DNA of 64,000 nucleotides, taken from IMG/VR virus record IMGVR_UViG_3300044712_001937, positions 124,001-188,000 of that record, one strand, 5' to 3'. The notes beneath the pieces were generated by a model. It was not told where the DNA came from, did no database searches, and was given only the letters and a program-made list of their open reading frames with translations. This document shows positions 37,398 through 47,504 of the stretch, piece by piece. The position numbers and the translations under genes are program-made. How positions within the stretch are numbered: the first letter of the stretch is position 1; each line of letters begins with the position of its first letter.

Positions 37398-38507
37398 ATG
37401 AGCATTGTAAATGTAGGTCAAAAATTTGATTTTAATGACATTCTTATCGTCCCTAAAATTTTTACACATATAAAAAGTCGTTATAAAAATATTGAACTTT
37501 CAAATGAATTACCATTAATGACAGCACCTATGGATACTGTTGTTAATACTTCAAATGCACATGTTTTTTTGAATCGTGGTATTACGGTAGTTTTACCAAG
37601 AACAGTAGATTATAATACGTATTATAATTATGTGTTTAAATATCCAAAAAATAATATTTTCTGGAGTGTAGGTTTTGAAGACCTTGATAATTTTTATGAT
37701 AATAATTTTAAACATTTTCCTAAATACGCTAATATTTGTATTGATACTGCTAATGGTCATATGTTGAGAATTATTGATTATTGTAGAGAAATAAAAAGAT
37801 TACGACCAGATATAAAAATAATGGTTGGTAACATTGCAAATCCTGAAACATATTCATTATATGCTAAATATGATTGTGTTGATTATATTCGTATTGGAAT
37901 TGGTAATGGTAATGGTTGCTTAACGACTAAACAATCCGGAATTGGTTTTCCAATGGCTTCTTTAATATCTGAAGTATATGAACAAAAACAAGAATTCATA
38001 AAAAACAATGATATTGATATAAAACATCAGAATTCCATTTTAAAAACAAAACCAGTAAAAACAATACCTGCAATAGTTGCTGATGGTGGAATGAAAGATT
38101 ATGCTGATATAATTAAGGCATTAGCGTTGGGAGCTGATTATGTTATGATTGGCTCAATTTTTAATAAAGCATTAGAAAGTTGTGCCGATAACTATTTATA
38201 TGGAATTAAATTAAATAATAAATTAGCAAAATATTTTTTTGATAAAGGTTATCCTGTAAAAAAATATTTTCGTGGAATGAGCACCAAAGCAGCTCAAAAA
38301 GCAATGGGAAAGACAGAGTTTAAAACATCTGAAGGTATTGTAAGATTTAGAAAAGTTGAATATCATTTAGATGGATGGGTTAATAATTTTAATCATTATC
38401 TCAGAAACGCAATGTCATATACTAACTCAAAAAAAATAAATGATTTCATTGGAAATATTGAAATCTGTGAAATATCAAAATCTGCTTATGACCGATTTAA
38501 CAAATAA
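37398..38507 (+). CDS. guaC: GMP reductase / IMPDH family
   Basis: DFNDILI, APMDTV, IDTANGH, GIGNGNGCLT, ADGG, GADYVMIG, FRGMS, SEG. Confidence 0.85.
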   Translation: MSIVNVGQKFDFNDILIVPKIFTHIKSRYKNIELSNELPLMTAPMDTVVNTSNAHVFLNRGITVVLPRTVDYNTYYNYVFKYPKNNIFWSVGFEDLDNFYDNNFKHFPKYANICIDTANGHMLRIIDYCREIKRLRPDIKIMVGNIANPETYSLYAKYDCVDYIRIGIGNGNGCLTTKQSGIGFPMASLISEVYEQKQEFIKNNDIDIKHQNSILKTKPVKTIPAIVADGGMKDYADIIKALALGADYVMIGSIFNKALESCADNYLYGIKLNNKLAKYFFDKGYPVKKYFRGMSTKAAQKAMGKTEFKTSEGIVRFRKVEYHLDGWVNNFNHYLRNAMSYTNSKKINDFIGNIEICEISKSAYDRFNK

Positions 38508-38511
38508 AGTA

Positions 38512-38892
38512 ATGAATATGCCTGTTAATGAGATGCATGTTTTATTAACAAAATATCAATCAGTATTAGAAGTAGTTAAAAGAAAAAATAAAATACATGA
38601 AATTGCATATATTATTGATATTTCATATAATCATATAATTAATAATCATAATAATTTAAATCCGGATTGGAAAACTTGGACAATAGTTGTAGTTTTAGAT
38701 TTATTTGATAATATTAATAATGATTCAGATATTATCAATATAATTGACGACTTTATATTATTTTACATTAATAATTATAAAACATATATTGATGATATTG
38801 GTTTATCTGCAAGTATTTACGATAGAGATTGCGGATTCATTAATTTATATATGTTTAATTATAAAAAAATAAAACTCTTGCATTTAATTTAA
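38512..38892 (+). CDS. Hypothetical protein
   Basis: ORF. Confidence 0.5.
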   Translation: MNMPVNEMHVLLTKYQSVLEVVKRKNKIHEIAYIIDISYNHIINNHNNLNPDWKTWTIVVVLDLFDNINNDSDIINIIDDFILFYINNYKTYIDDIGLSASIYDRDCGFINLYMFNYKKIKLLHLI

Positions 38893-38927
38893 AATTTAAT
38901 TAAATTTGATACTTAATTTATATAATA

Positions 38928-39161
38928 ATGGAATATTATTTCAAATATAAAAGATTTGAAGAAACTTATATTTATGCTGACAATAAAGTTGATACTCAAC
39001 AATTCTTTGATAATTTAATTAAAGATGGTTGGCAAATAATCTATTATAATGAAGAAAAATTTAAAACATTATCTCATATTCCATCAGGTAGTAATATTCC
39101 TAATACAATAGATAATCTAAAAATAACTGTAATTGCAGGAAAGAAACAAAAAATGTTATGA
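38928..39161 (+). CDS. Hypothetical protein
   Basis: DGWQIIYYNE, similar to 22985 ORF. Confidence 0.55.
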   Translation: MEYYFKYKRFEETYIYADNKVDTQQFFDNLIKDGWQIIYYNEEKFKTLSHIPSGSNIPNTIDNLKITVIAGKKQKML

Positions 39162-39325
39162 GTAAAGATTCAGGATATTTAGTTAAAACTAAATCCGGAA
39201 AAGAAGGTAGGACTTATCATAGAGAGAAAAAAATAAATAATAAAACAGTTGTCCATATAAATGGAATGGATATTCCTATGTTATGTAATACTGATACATT
39301 AGAAATAATTGGATTCATTGATTAA
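39158..39325 (+). CDS. Small hypothetical protein (55 aa, not in track)
   Basis: MSKDSGYLVKTKSGKEGRTYH...IIGFID*. Confidence 0.55.
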   Translation: MSKDSGYLVKTKSGKEGRTYHREKKINNKTVVHINGMDIPMLCNTDTLEIIGFID

Positions 39326-39331
39326 TATAAA

Positions 39332-39724
39332 ATGAATAATTTAAAAGAATCTTCAACATATTTAATTAGATTTGGTAGTAGTGATACTATTCACTCGATA
39401 ACCATATTAATTGCAACTGAAAAAGCATATTTCATAAGATGGAATCGTGGTATTGAATCTCAAGATACATGGGAATTAAAATCAATATTGGAGAAAAATT
39501 ATTTAATGGTTGAAGATATTACAGAAAAAATGAATTGTGATTATGCTAAAATACCTAAAAATTTAAATTTACTTAAACCAACATTTCAAACTTCAAAAGA
39601 AATTTGTCCTATTTGTCATGGTATGGGAACTGTTCCAGATACAAGTAGTACAGCAGGTAGAATTTCTTGTCCTTTATGTCAAGGAAATAAACTTATAACA
39701 ACTAAAATAGAAGGATTAGTTTAA
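39332..39724 (+). CDS. Protein with DnaJ-type Zn finger
   Basis: CPICHGMG...CPLCQG. Confidence 0.7.
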   Translation: MNNLKESSTYLIRFGSSDTIHSITILIATEKAYFIRWNRGIESQDTWELKSILEKNYLMVEDITEKMNCDYAKIPKNLNLLKPTFQTSKEICPICHGMGTVPDTSSTAGRISCPLCQGNKLITTKIEGLV

Positions 39725-40183
39725 TTCATTAAACTCTGGAATCCAACGTTTTGGCATTCTTTTAAATGATAACTCAATTTCTCTTTTTCCATCATTTCTA
39801 TTGTATTTTACAAATCTATATTTCCAAGATTTGTATAATTTAGATGGTTCAAATATTGTTACTTCTTTCCAAAATTTCCAATGTCCCCTTGGTTTACCAT
39901 TATGCCACATTGAAACATAATAAAAATAATGAGTGTAATTTTCTTTGAGATATTTCTCAACTTCCCTACGATATCCTTTAATTATGAAGTTTCCTTTATA
40001 TTTTGAATATATAAAAAATAAACAATATGAACCTTCATACCAGTCAGGTTTACCATCAGGCATAACTTCAATAACAGGATAAAGTTTATTCACTTTATAT
40101 CCTAATTCTTTAGCTTTATCTATAGTATCATTCATAAAATGAAAACTTTTACCTGAACCTGCTGGATAATCTTTCATATTCAT
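39716..40183 (-). CDS. Hypothetical protein
   Basis: ORF. Confidence 0.65.
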   Translation of the reverse strand: MNMKDYPAGSGKSFHFMNDTIDKAKELGYKVNKLYPVIEVMPDGKPDWYEGSYCLFFIYSKYKGNFIIKGYRREVEKYLKENYTHYFYYVSMWHNGKPRGHWKFWKEVTIFEPSKLYKSWKYRFVKYNRNDGKREIELSFKRMPKRWIPEFNELN

Positions 40184-40202
40184 AATTAATAATTTTTAAA
40201 AA

Positions 40203-40400
40203 GTTTAGGGAGATATTGAAGTATATCGGTAGGTTATGCTTTCGTATTTTCACCAGACCTCAATATCTCCGGGCATTGTTAAGCTTATTATAGTTCACCA
40301 CTCATCTGCCGAAGCAGAACCTAAACTAATTGTTATGTGCCATAACTGCGTGTTACCTCTACAGCAAAGTCGGATATTTCTATCCAAAGAACTACGACAC
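40203..40400 (-). ncRNA. Structured RNA downstream of tRNA-like units
   Basis: gtttagg/cctaaac outer stem, 11-bp ggagatattga stem, cUUCGg tetraloop on minus strand. Confidence 0.55.
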
Positions 40401-40403
40401 ATT

Positions 40404-40477
40404 TGTAGCGATGGCAGGACTCGAACCTACGACTTCCCCTTTCACAGAGGCGAGCTAACCAACTGCCCTACATCGCA
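40404..40477 (-). ncRNA. tRNA-like RNA with 6-nt anticodon loop
   Basis: D arm and GGTTCGAGTCC T-arm intact; cctct-gtgaaa-agggg. Confidence 0.7.
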
Positions 40478-40564
40478 AAGCTTCTGAAATCTATTACATA
40501 TGTTATCTGCAGATTCATATGCTTTTAATATAACCGAAACTAAAATCAACCTTCCGATTGATAA

Positions 40565-40637
40565 TGATGACGTGACTGGACTCGAACCTGCGACTCCCCC
40601 GATAACGGGTTACTCTAACCACCTGAGTTACACGCCA
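40565..40637 (-). ncRNA. tRNA-like RNA with 4-nt anticodon loop
   Basis: tggcgtg/cacgtca; cccg-ttat-cggg. Confidence 0.7.
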
Positions 40638-40720
40638 AACGATAAGTATATTACGTAATTCTACTTTACCGTATTGTTCACCTTACTCCATATGACTTTC
40701 AGACAAACAACTTCTTTAAT

Positions 40721-40939
40721 TGTAGGGATAGAAGGATTCGAACCTAAGACCTCCGTATTTCTATTGAATATTACCCTTTAAATCAATATTTCTAACTTCT
40801 CTTTAGCAGCTTGCAAGTCCACTTTCAGTCCCTTGTTATAATACTTGAAATATTAAATAATACCCTCACCATAAAAATCATAAACCACGTGTATTTCACT
40901 TTCTTTATGGACGGTACTCTACCACTGAGCTATATCCCC
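40721..40939 (-). ncRNA. tRNA-like RNA with about 154-nt insert replacing the anticodon loop
   Basis: ggggata-tagctcagtggtagagt-accgt[insert]acgg-aggtc-ttaggttcgaatcc-tatccct-aca. Confidence 0.7.
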
Positions 40940-41007
40940 GTAAAAAATAAAAGAACTTTAAATTAGTTTACAATATTACGATTAATTTTTTAAATTGTTA
41001 CTAAATT

Positions 41008-41433
41008 TTAAAATATTTTATCACTAATTGTATGAATGGCTGAACCAGCCTCTAATCCTATTGAAAATATTATCACTAAATTCCAATTAATATGTTGAAA
41101 AATATTAGTACCACAACTGAAATATAGTATTAAGAATGGTATTAATCCAACATAAATGACTCTGATAATAGTACCTATTATTAATCCATGTGAAAATATA
41201 CTTCGATGATAAAACATTTCTTGATATGGAATCCAAATCATTTTTAATAACCACCATCGATTATATGGAGCACTATTAGTATCCAAATCGCCATTAAACA
41301 TAAAAGACGCAAATAAATATGCAAATAAAATAATTCCGGTAATCTTATAATCATTGGTAAAATGATATGTACCATATGCAATAACTGGTGTAACAACCAA
41401 AGTTATAATATCATGAGTTTTTCCATTTGGCAT
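41008..41433 (-). CDS. DUF2227-like metal-binding membrane protein
   Basis: MPNGKTHD...DLD...W.PY...HRS.FSHG..IGT..R...H...D. Confidence 0.8.
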   Translation of the reverse strand: MPNGKTHDIITLVVTPVIAYGTYHFTNDYKITGIILFAYLFASFMFNGDLDTNSAPYNRWWLLKMIWIPYQEMFYHRSIFSHGLIIGTIIRVIYVGLIPFLILYFSCGTNIFQHINWNLVIIFSIGLEAGSAIHTISDKIF

Positions 41434-41511
41434 AATTCAAAATTTAATTGTTTACATAAATCAATACGAAATGAGTGTGAAATTGTTGCAAATTTTTAGT
41501 ATTTATTAAAA

Positions 41512-44500
41512 ATGTATTTTATGAATATTTTTAATATTATTAAAGAAGAAATTCAAAACGTTGATGAAACATACCAAAGTGTTAGTGAAATAAAACAATT
41601 AGCATCAGATATTTTGATGAAAACTGCTGAAAAAAATGTTGAGAATTTTAATAATAAACATGTTTTTGATTATTTATATGGTATACATTTAAGTGAAATA
41701 GATACTTATAAATATACTGATTTGGTTGATTTTATAAAAAATATAAATATACAAATTTACTATGTACCTAAAGAAAATAACGGTATATATGGAAATTATT
41801 CAGTTTATAATATTAAATCAAAAAAAGAATTTAATCCTAATGCATCAAGAGAAATTAATGCGTTTTATGATTATCAAGATTTGAAAAATGATATTGATAG
41901 TTACATTAAACAAAATAATGGTATTGATGATAAAATACTATATATTAAAATATTTTATAAATTCTACAATACATTAATACATGAGTTACAACATGCTTAT
42001 GATGATTATCGCAGTAAAACTATGGCTTTTAATACTAAACAAAATAAAAGTTATAGAAATAAATATGATACTGCAGTAAATACGAATCAAAATCAAAATG
42101 AATTGCAATATGATTTAGAGAAAAATAAAGCATATCTTAATTTACCACATGAAATTTGGGCAAGATTTACTCAAGCAGTAACAAAAACATATTTCAGTAC
42201 TGTTGATTTTAAAAGTGATAATACAATTACCAATTTAATGTATCCTATTGACAAAGTTGTTGATAATTTTAAAAGAAATTTTCAAGGATATCATCTCCTA
42301 TCTGATAATATGAAAAAAAAATTACTTAATAAAGTAGTCCAATTTTGGCATTATGAACAGGATAAAATAAATAAAAGAAATAGTGATAAAAATAGTAATG
42401 AAATTAATAGTGATAAACCAATTAGTGAAGCTGCTAAAAATATATCTGATACTGAAATTATAATAGATAAAGGAACTGAATTATTTCATGGAACTATTGA
42501 AGAATTTGAAAAGGAAAAAACAACAGTTGGTGGCTATGATAATATATTTTGGACTACATTAGATTCTTCAATTGCTCAAACATATATTCCACAGTCAAGT
42601 AATATATATACTAATAGTAGTCATTATGCAATGCCAAGTGACGACCCTATGGTTGTTAAAACTCAATTAATAATGGGAATTAATTATGATTATTCAAAAG
42701 CTGAATTTAAAAATCATAGAGCAATTTCATATTTTGAAGCACCTATTTTTCAAGAATATTCAGATAATTATGAAAAAGCAAATAATTTAGCGTATCAGAA
42801 ATATCTCGAAATTGAAAATTTTATAAAAGAAGTTAAAATTAAAGAAACTAATGATACTGTAACCGATGAGGATTATGATAAATGGGGAGTATTACAAGAT
42901 GAATATGATTATTTACTTAAACAATCCAGAGAGCTTAATGTCAGTAAATTTAAAAATGATTTTGTTAACCAAAAGTTTATGGAAATGGGTTATAAACCAA
43001 CTGGAACTGAACACGCTCCAGATAATAATTATAGCTGGAAATTAAAATATGATAATGGTCAAGTACAACCTGCAAATTATAAAGCAAAAGGTAGATTGTT
43101 AATAGTAATTCCACAAAGAGATTTAAAAATATTAGACACTACTGATAGAGGTAATCGTGAAGGTGATTTAACTGATTTGGATTATCATAAACATAATTGG
43201 TTTCAAAGTGCTGAACAACATGGCTATGATGGAATTAAAATTAATGATTTTGCACAAAGTTCAGACCAAGGAAATCTTGGACATACTTCTATCGGTTTAT
43301 TTAAAAATACTTTAAAAGATGTTAAAATTGAAGAAATTGACGCAACTCATAATGATTTAGAACCTCATTTTCAAAGTAGTAATTGGCAATCACCTGAATA
43401 TAAAAAATATAAAGGAATTAATGAAATAATTGATGAAGAATTAGAAAAAATTATTCATATTTACGAAAATCCAGATATTGTTAAAAGTGAAGAAAATAAT
43501 ATTAATATTCATTATAATGACCGTAATGCCTATCCTTTTACAACATTTAAAGATTTTGGTAATAGAGTCTTCATAGGAAAAGAAGGTGGTACACATACTA
43601 CAATTGTTTATTATTATAAAGATGAATTACCTTCTGATGTTATGGATAGAATGAGACTTCATATTGAATATGATGGTAGAATTTTTCTTAATGAAAAAAT
43701 AATTTCATTTTGGCATTATCCTGATGAAGATAATTTTAAAGAAATAATTATAAATCTTGAAAAAGCTTTCTTAAATGATAGACATATGAATGTTAATATT
43801 TGGAATGACCCGAATTATAAAATTGAAGTTAAAAATTCAGATTTAAGTTATAATATTATTCCAATTCAACAATATATTAAATCTGAAAATCCAAGTGAAC
43901 TTGATTATAAACAACATATTATGTCTCCATTACTTAAACAAAAAAAATCAGTTCCTCTTGGCTATGGTTCAAAAAACCCTAAAAATACACCTGAATATAG
44001 AAATATGAGAAGAATAGAATTTCAAAGTGATGAAAGTATTAAACATTTAAATAAAATAATTTCTGAAATGGCTAATATATTAAATGAAGGTATCCCTGTA
44101 TTTCACGGTTCAGATAGAAAATTCTCAACTTTCGATATGTCAAAAATTGGAAGTGGTGATGGAAAAAATTTAGGTGGCTGGGGAATTTATTTTTCAGATA
44201 GCGAAGATGTTAGTAGTCGATATGTAACTTCAAATGGTTTCTTAGGTGAATATGAACTACGCAATGGAAACTATTTCGACTTAGACTCAGCATTAGAAGA
44301 TGGTGAACGTATAATTAGAAGACTTCAACAATTAGGAATAGATGAAAATCAAATTGAAGAATTTCAAAATGACTATGTGGAACAAGCTGAAAATTATGGT
44401 AATATTGATAATAAGCAAGCATATGATTGGCTTTCATATGTATTAGGTGGAGAAAAAGAAGCTTCAATGTTCCTTAAATCTATGGGATATATCGGAAATA

Positions 44501-44574
44501 CGTTTACAGATAAATGGAATAGAGATGCAAGAAATTATGTTGTGTTTGATACAAGTTCAATAATTTATACCTAA
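41512..44574 (+). CDS. Polyvalent protein: zincin HExxH plus two ADP-ribosyltransferase-like domains
   Basis: LIHELQHAYDD...EIWAR; LFHGT...IFWT...AQTY; VFHGS..F..F....IGSGDG...GWGIYFSD...NYVVFD. Confidence 0.7.
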   Translation: MYFMNIFNIIKEEIQNVDETYQSVSEIKQLASDILMKTAEKNVENFNNKHVFDYLYGIHLSEIDTYKYTDLVDFIKNINIQIYYVPKENNGIYGNYSVYNIKSKKEFNPNASREINAFYDYQDLKNDIDSYIKQNNGIDDKILYIKIFYKFYNTLIHELQHAYDDYRSKTMAFNTKQNKSYRNKYDTAVNTNQNQNELQYDLEKNKAYLNLPHEIWARFTQAVTKTYFSTVDFKSDNTITNLMYPIDKVVDNFKRNFQGYHLLSDNMKKKLLNKVVQFWHYEQDKINKRNSDKNSNEINSDKPISEAAKNISDTEIIIDKGTELFHGTIEEFEKEKTTVGGYDNIFWTTLDSSIAQTYIPQSSNIYTNSSHYAMPSDDPMVVKTQLIMGINYDYSKAEFKNHRAISYFEAPIFQEYSDNYEKANNLAYQKYLEIENFIKEVKIKETNDTVTDEDYDKWGVLQDEYDYLLKQSRELNVSKFKNDFVNQKFMEMGYKPTGTEHAPDNNYSWKLKYDNGQVQPANYKAKGRLLIVIPQRDLKILDTTDRGNREGDLTDLDYHKHNWFQSAEQHGYDGIKINDFAQSSDQGNLGHTSIGLFKNTLKDVKIEEIDATHNDLEPHFQSSNWQSPEYKKYKGINEIIDEELEKIIHIYENPDIVKSEENNINIHYNDRNAYPFTTFKDFGNRVFIGKEGGTHTTIVYYYKDELPSDVMDRMRLHIEYDGRIFLNEKIISFWHYPDEDNFKEIIINLEKAFLNDRHMNVNIWNDPNYKIEVKNSDLSYNIIPIQQYIKSENPSELDYKQHIMSPLLKQKKSVPLGYGSKNPKNTPEYRNMRRIEFQSDESIKHLNKIISEMANILNEGIPVFHGSDRKFSTFDMSKIGSGDGKNLGGWGIYFSDSEDVSSRYVTSNGFLGEYELRNGNYFDLDSALEDGERIIRRLQQLGIDENQIEEFQNDYVEQAENYGNIDNKQAYDWLSYVLGGEKEASMFLKSMGYIGNTFTDKWNRDARNYVVFDTSSIIYT

Positions 44575-44624
44575 ATTTTGTAACAAATCAAATTATAACT
44601 CGTACATTTGCTTAAATTAATTAT

Positions 44625-45263
44625 ATGAATAATATATTAAAAATAATACGTGAAGTTTTTCAAGATTTTATTAAAGAAGCTGCTGGTGAAAAAAATGCTG
44701 AATATAAATACCAAAAATATGGTATCGAACCAGAATTTTCAAGTTTTGAAAAACAATATGGAGCACAACAACTAAGACAAAATAAAGACGAAATTATTTA
44801 TGAAGAAGGTAGATGGAAATTAATTAAAAATCCTACTACACTTCAAAATATTGGTGCAAGTGCTCGTGGAGTTATTGTTAGTAATGGTGATTTATATATT
44901 GAATCATATGGTGGCGAAAAAATTCATCACGATATATTAAGTATATTAGGACAAAAAGGAATTTTACCTACAGTTCCAAAAAAGAATTGGGTTAGTCAAT
45001 TACCCCAACAATCCGGATTCTTAACAGTTCAACGTTATAAAAATACTCCATATATCGCAATTGGTGAAAGTAATAAATTAATTTATAACGAACTCGATTA
45101 TAATCAACAAATAAAATATTATGATGAATTCCTAAATAAAGCTAAAGCTAAAAATCCTAATATCACCTTTGTTAATAAACTTGTTAATATAAAACTTCAA
45201 CCAAATATAGGTTCAAATGTTATGAATGAGGATACATTGAAATCATTAGAAAGGGTGATGTAA
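44625..45263 (+). CDS. Hypothetical protein
   Basis: ARGVI..NGDLY...IHHDIL. Confidence 0.7.
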   Translation: MNNILKIIREVFQDFIKEAAGEKNAEYKYQKYGIEPEFSSFEKQYGAQQLRQNKDEIIYEEGRWKLIKNPTTLQNIGASARGVIVSNGDLYIESYGGEKIHHDILSILGQKGILPTVPKKNWVSQLPQQSGFLTVQRYKNTPYIAIGESNKLIYNELDYNQQIKYYDEFLNKAKAKNPNITFVNKLVNIKLQPNIGSNVMNEDTLKSLERVM

Positions 45264-45329
45264 ATCACCCTTTTTCATTTAACTTAATAAATATCTCAGC
45301 GTATACTTATTAAAAAATAAGATACGAAT

Positions 45330-45617
45330 ATGATTTGGAAAAATGCAAAACGAGTTTATTCTACTAAACTTAATTGGTTGTTAAATCGACCTAATTTCAA
45401 CAATTGTAAATATGAATTTCTAAGGAAAATGACTGATAACGAAATTAATATTTATCTTAATGAAGTTAAAAATCAATTGAAAATAGAAGGAATATTAATG
45501 AATAATCTTACTAACTATAATAACGTATTTAACTCCTTATTAAAACAAAGAGAAGAAATTTTTCTCCTATTTAAACAATTAGGTCACGATACTGGCGATG
45601 ATGAAATTTTAATATAA
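45330..45617 (+). CDS. Hypothetical protein
   Basis: ORF after TAAC-N16-CGTA. Confidence 0.55.
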   Translation: MIWKNAKRVYSTKLNWLLNRPNFNNCKYEFLRKMTDNEINIYLNEVKNQLKIEGILMNNLTNYNNVFNSLLKQREEIFLLFKQLGHDTGDDEILI

Positions 45618-45673
45618 ATTTTATTTGTTATTTCAATTTTAAATTCTAAATTTGTTTGTTTAAATATACAAAC

Positions 45674-46567
45674 ATGACAATTATTGCTTTAGTCCAAAAT
45701 GGATTTGAAATGCTCGTTCACTATAATAATGAAGGTGAATTTCAACACGTTTTAAATACCAAAACTCAAAAAAATATGATGGTCGAATTCTGCCAAATAG
45801 GTAAAGGATTCGAAATAGAAAAATCCAAAGATTCATTCATTCCTATGATGGTTGTTTCTAATGCAACATATATGTATGTAATCGAAGCTAATATTTATAT
45901 ACCAAAATTTTTGTTCATAAAACCCGAATAATATGTGTGATTTAATTATTAATATTTGGTTTGCTTGGCATCCAGTAAAAACCATCAATAAAGAATGGAT
46001 TTGGCTTAAATTCGTGAAAAGAACAATAGATGAAAGACCTGTCAAATATCATGGACTTTTACCTGAAATTACATATGAAAAACTTGAACCAATAAAAAAA
46101 ATATCTGCCGATATTGAAACCGATAATAAATCTACCTATTATTATGAATAAAAACGAAGCAATACAAATAGCTATTGAAGCACTTGAAAATATTCTCGAA
46201 ATGAAAAAAGCTATTAAGAATAAACTTGAGTTTATTAATGAACAAGAGTATGAAAAAGCTGCGGAACAAAGAGATATCGAAAAAAAATGTTTAGATAATT
46301 TACCGAATTTAAATGATTTGGAAGAAATAATAAAAATAGCTAAATCTTAAATATATGGCAAGCTACGAACCAGACTACGACCTAATTAAAGCTAAAGAAA
46401 TTATCGAAAAACTTAACGATAAAAACGAAAAAGATTGGCTGTTAAAATACTATATCAACCACCAAAATAAAGAAATCGAAAAACTAAAAAAGAAAATCGA
46501 AGATTATCAAAATTTCTTTAAACTTCTTCAAAGTTTTTTGCCAAAATATACTGATATTATAGGATAA
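45674..46567 (+). CDS. Run of four small hypothetical genes (45674-45931, 45933-46151, 46144-46350 UVR-like, 46355-46567)
   Basis: Adjacent ORFs; EYEKAAEQRD UvrB/C motif in the third. Confidence 0.55.
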
Positions 46568-46582
46568 ATAATACTTCATTAT

Positions 46583-47488
46583 ATGAAAAACGAAATAACT
46601 GTAAAAGATATATTAATCAAATTCATGGAATGGCAAATGGAAACCAATCCATTAATTGCTAATTTTACCCATAATACAGTTGCTAATAAATTCCTGACCA
46701 AATATCCAGAATTCGATGAAAATTTAAAAATTAAATTCGAAACAAAAACTGGTGTAGTTTCTGGAATCAATACTATTGAAATGGAAAAAAAAGTTAATAT
46801 CGATAATTTATATCATATCTGTAAAAGAACAAACTTAGGCGAAAACGCCAGAGAATTATATAAAATTGTACAATTATTCACAAACGCAATGTTCGTGGAT
46901 TTAGGTGTTAAAACTGGCAATTCCTCCGAAATCCTACTAATGAATGCATATGAAAATAATAATCATGTTTATGGAATAGATGTCGATTTCTCAATGTTAA
47001 GCCCTTATATATCTTGTAATCAAAATTATATTCCATTATATGGTGATTCAGTTACAATAGGTGAAAAATGGATTAGACCAATCGACTTAATTTTCATCGA
47101 TACCCTTCATGTTAAAGAACAAACATTAATGGAACTATTATTCTGGTATCCTAATGTTAAAGAAGGTGGATATATCATACTTCACGATACAAATTGGGAA
47201 TCAACTAAACATGATAATTATGGTGATATTGTCTGGGATACTGTAGATTTAGCTATTCTTAAATTCTTTCAAATTCAAAACCTAAACTATAATGATGAAT
47301 TTATTGAAGTAATACATTACCCTAAATATAACGGCATGACCTTTATCAAAATCAAAAAGAAAAAAGATTATGCTAAAAATATAAGCGAAGAAGATTGGCA
47401 AAATATTATAGAAAAAAGAAATTATTTGATACGTTCAATCTGGAATGAAAATAATATCGGTGATTTATTAATTGATTTAAAATTATAA
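46583..47488 (+). CDS. Class I SAM-dependent methyltransferase (Methyltransf_24-like)
   Basis: VDLGVKTGNSS, GDS, IDLIFIDTLH, GGYIILHD. Confidence 0.85.
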   Translation: MKNEITVKDILIKFMEWQMETNPLIANFTHNTVANKFLTKYPEFDENLKIKFETKTGVVSGINTIEMEKKVNIDNLYHICKRTNLGENARELYKIVQLFTNAMFVDLGVKTGNSSEILLMNAYENNNHVYGIDVDFSMLSPYISCNQNYIPLYGDSVTIGEKWIRPIDLIFIDTLHVKEQTLMELLFWYPNVKEGGYIILHDTNWESTKHDNYGDIVWDTVDLAILKFFQIQNLNYNDEFIEVIHYPKYNGMTFIKIKKKKDYAKNISEEDWQNIIEKRNYLIRSIWNENNIGDLLIDLKL

Positions 47489-47504
47489 ATTTAATATAAA
47501 TATA

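Noticed and set aside
40236-40487. 83-aa plus-strand ORF
   Set aside because: Antisense to tRNA-like and structured RNA.
40721-40939. tmRNA or group I intron
   Set aside because: Has a full D-arm, no G3-U70 pair or tag ORF; insert is short and lacks a recognisable P7 core.
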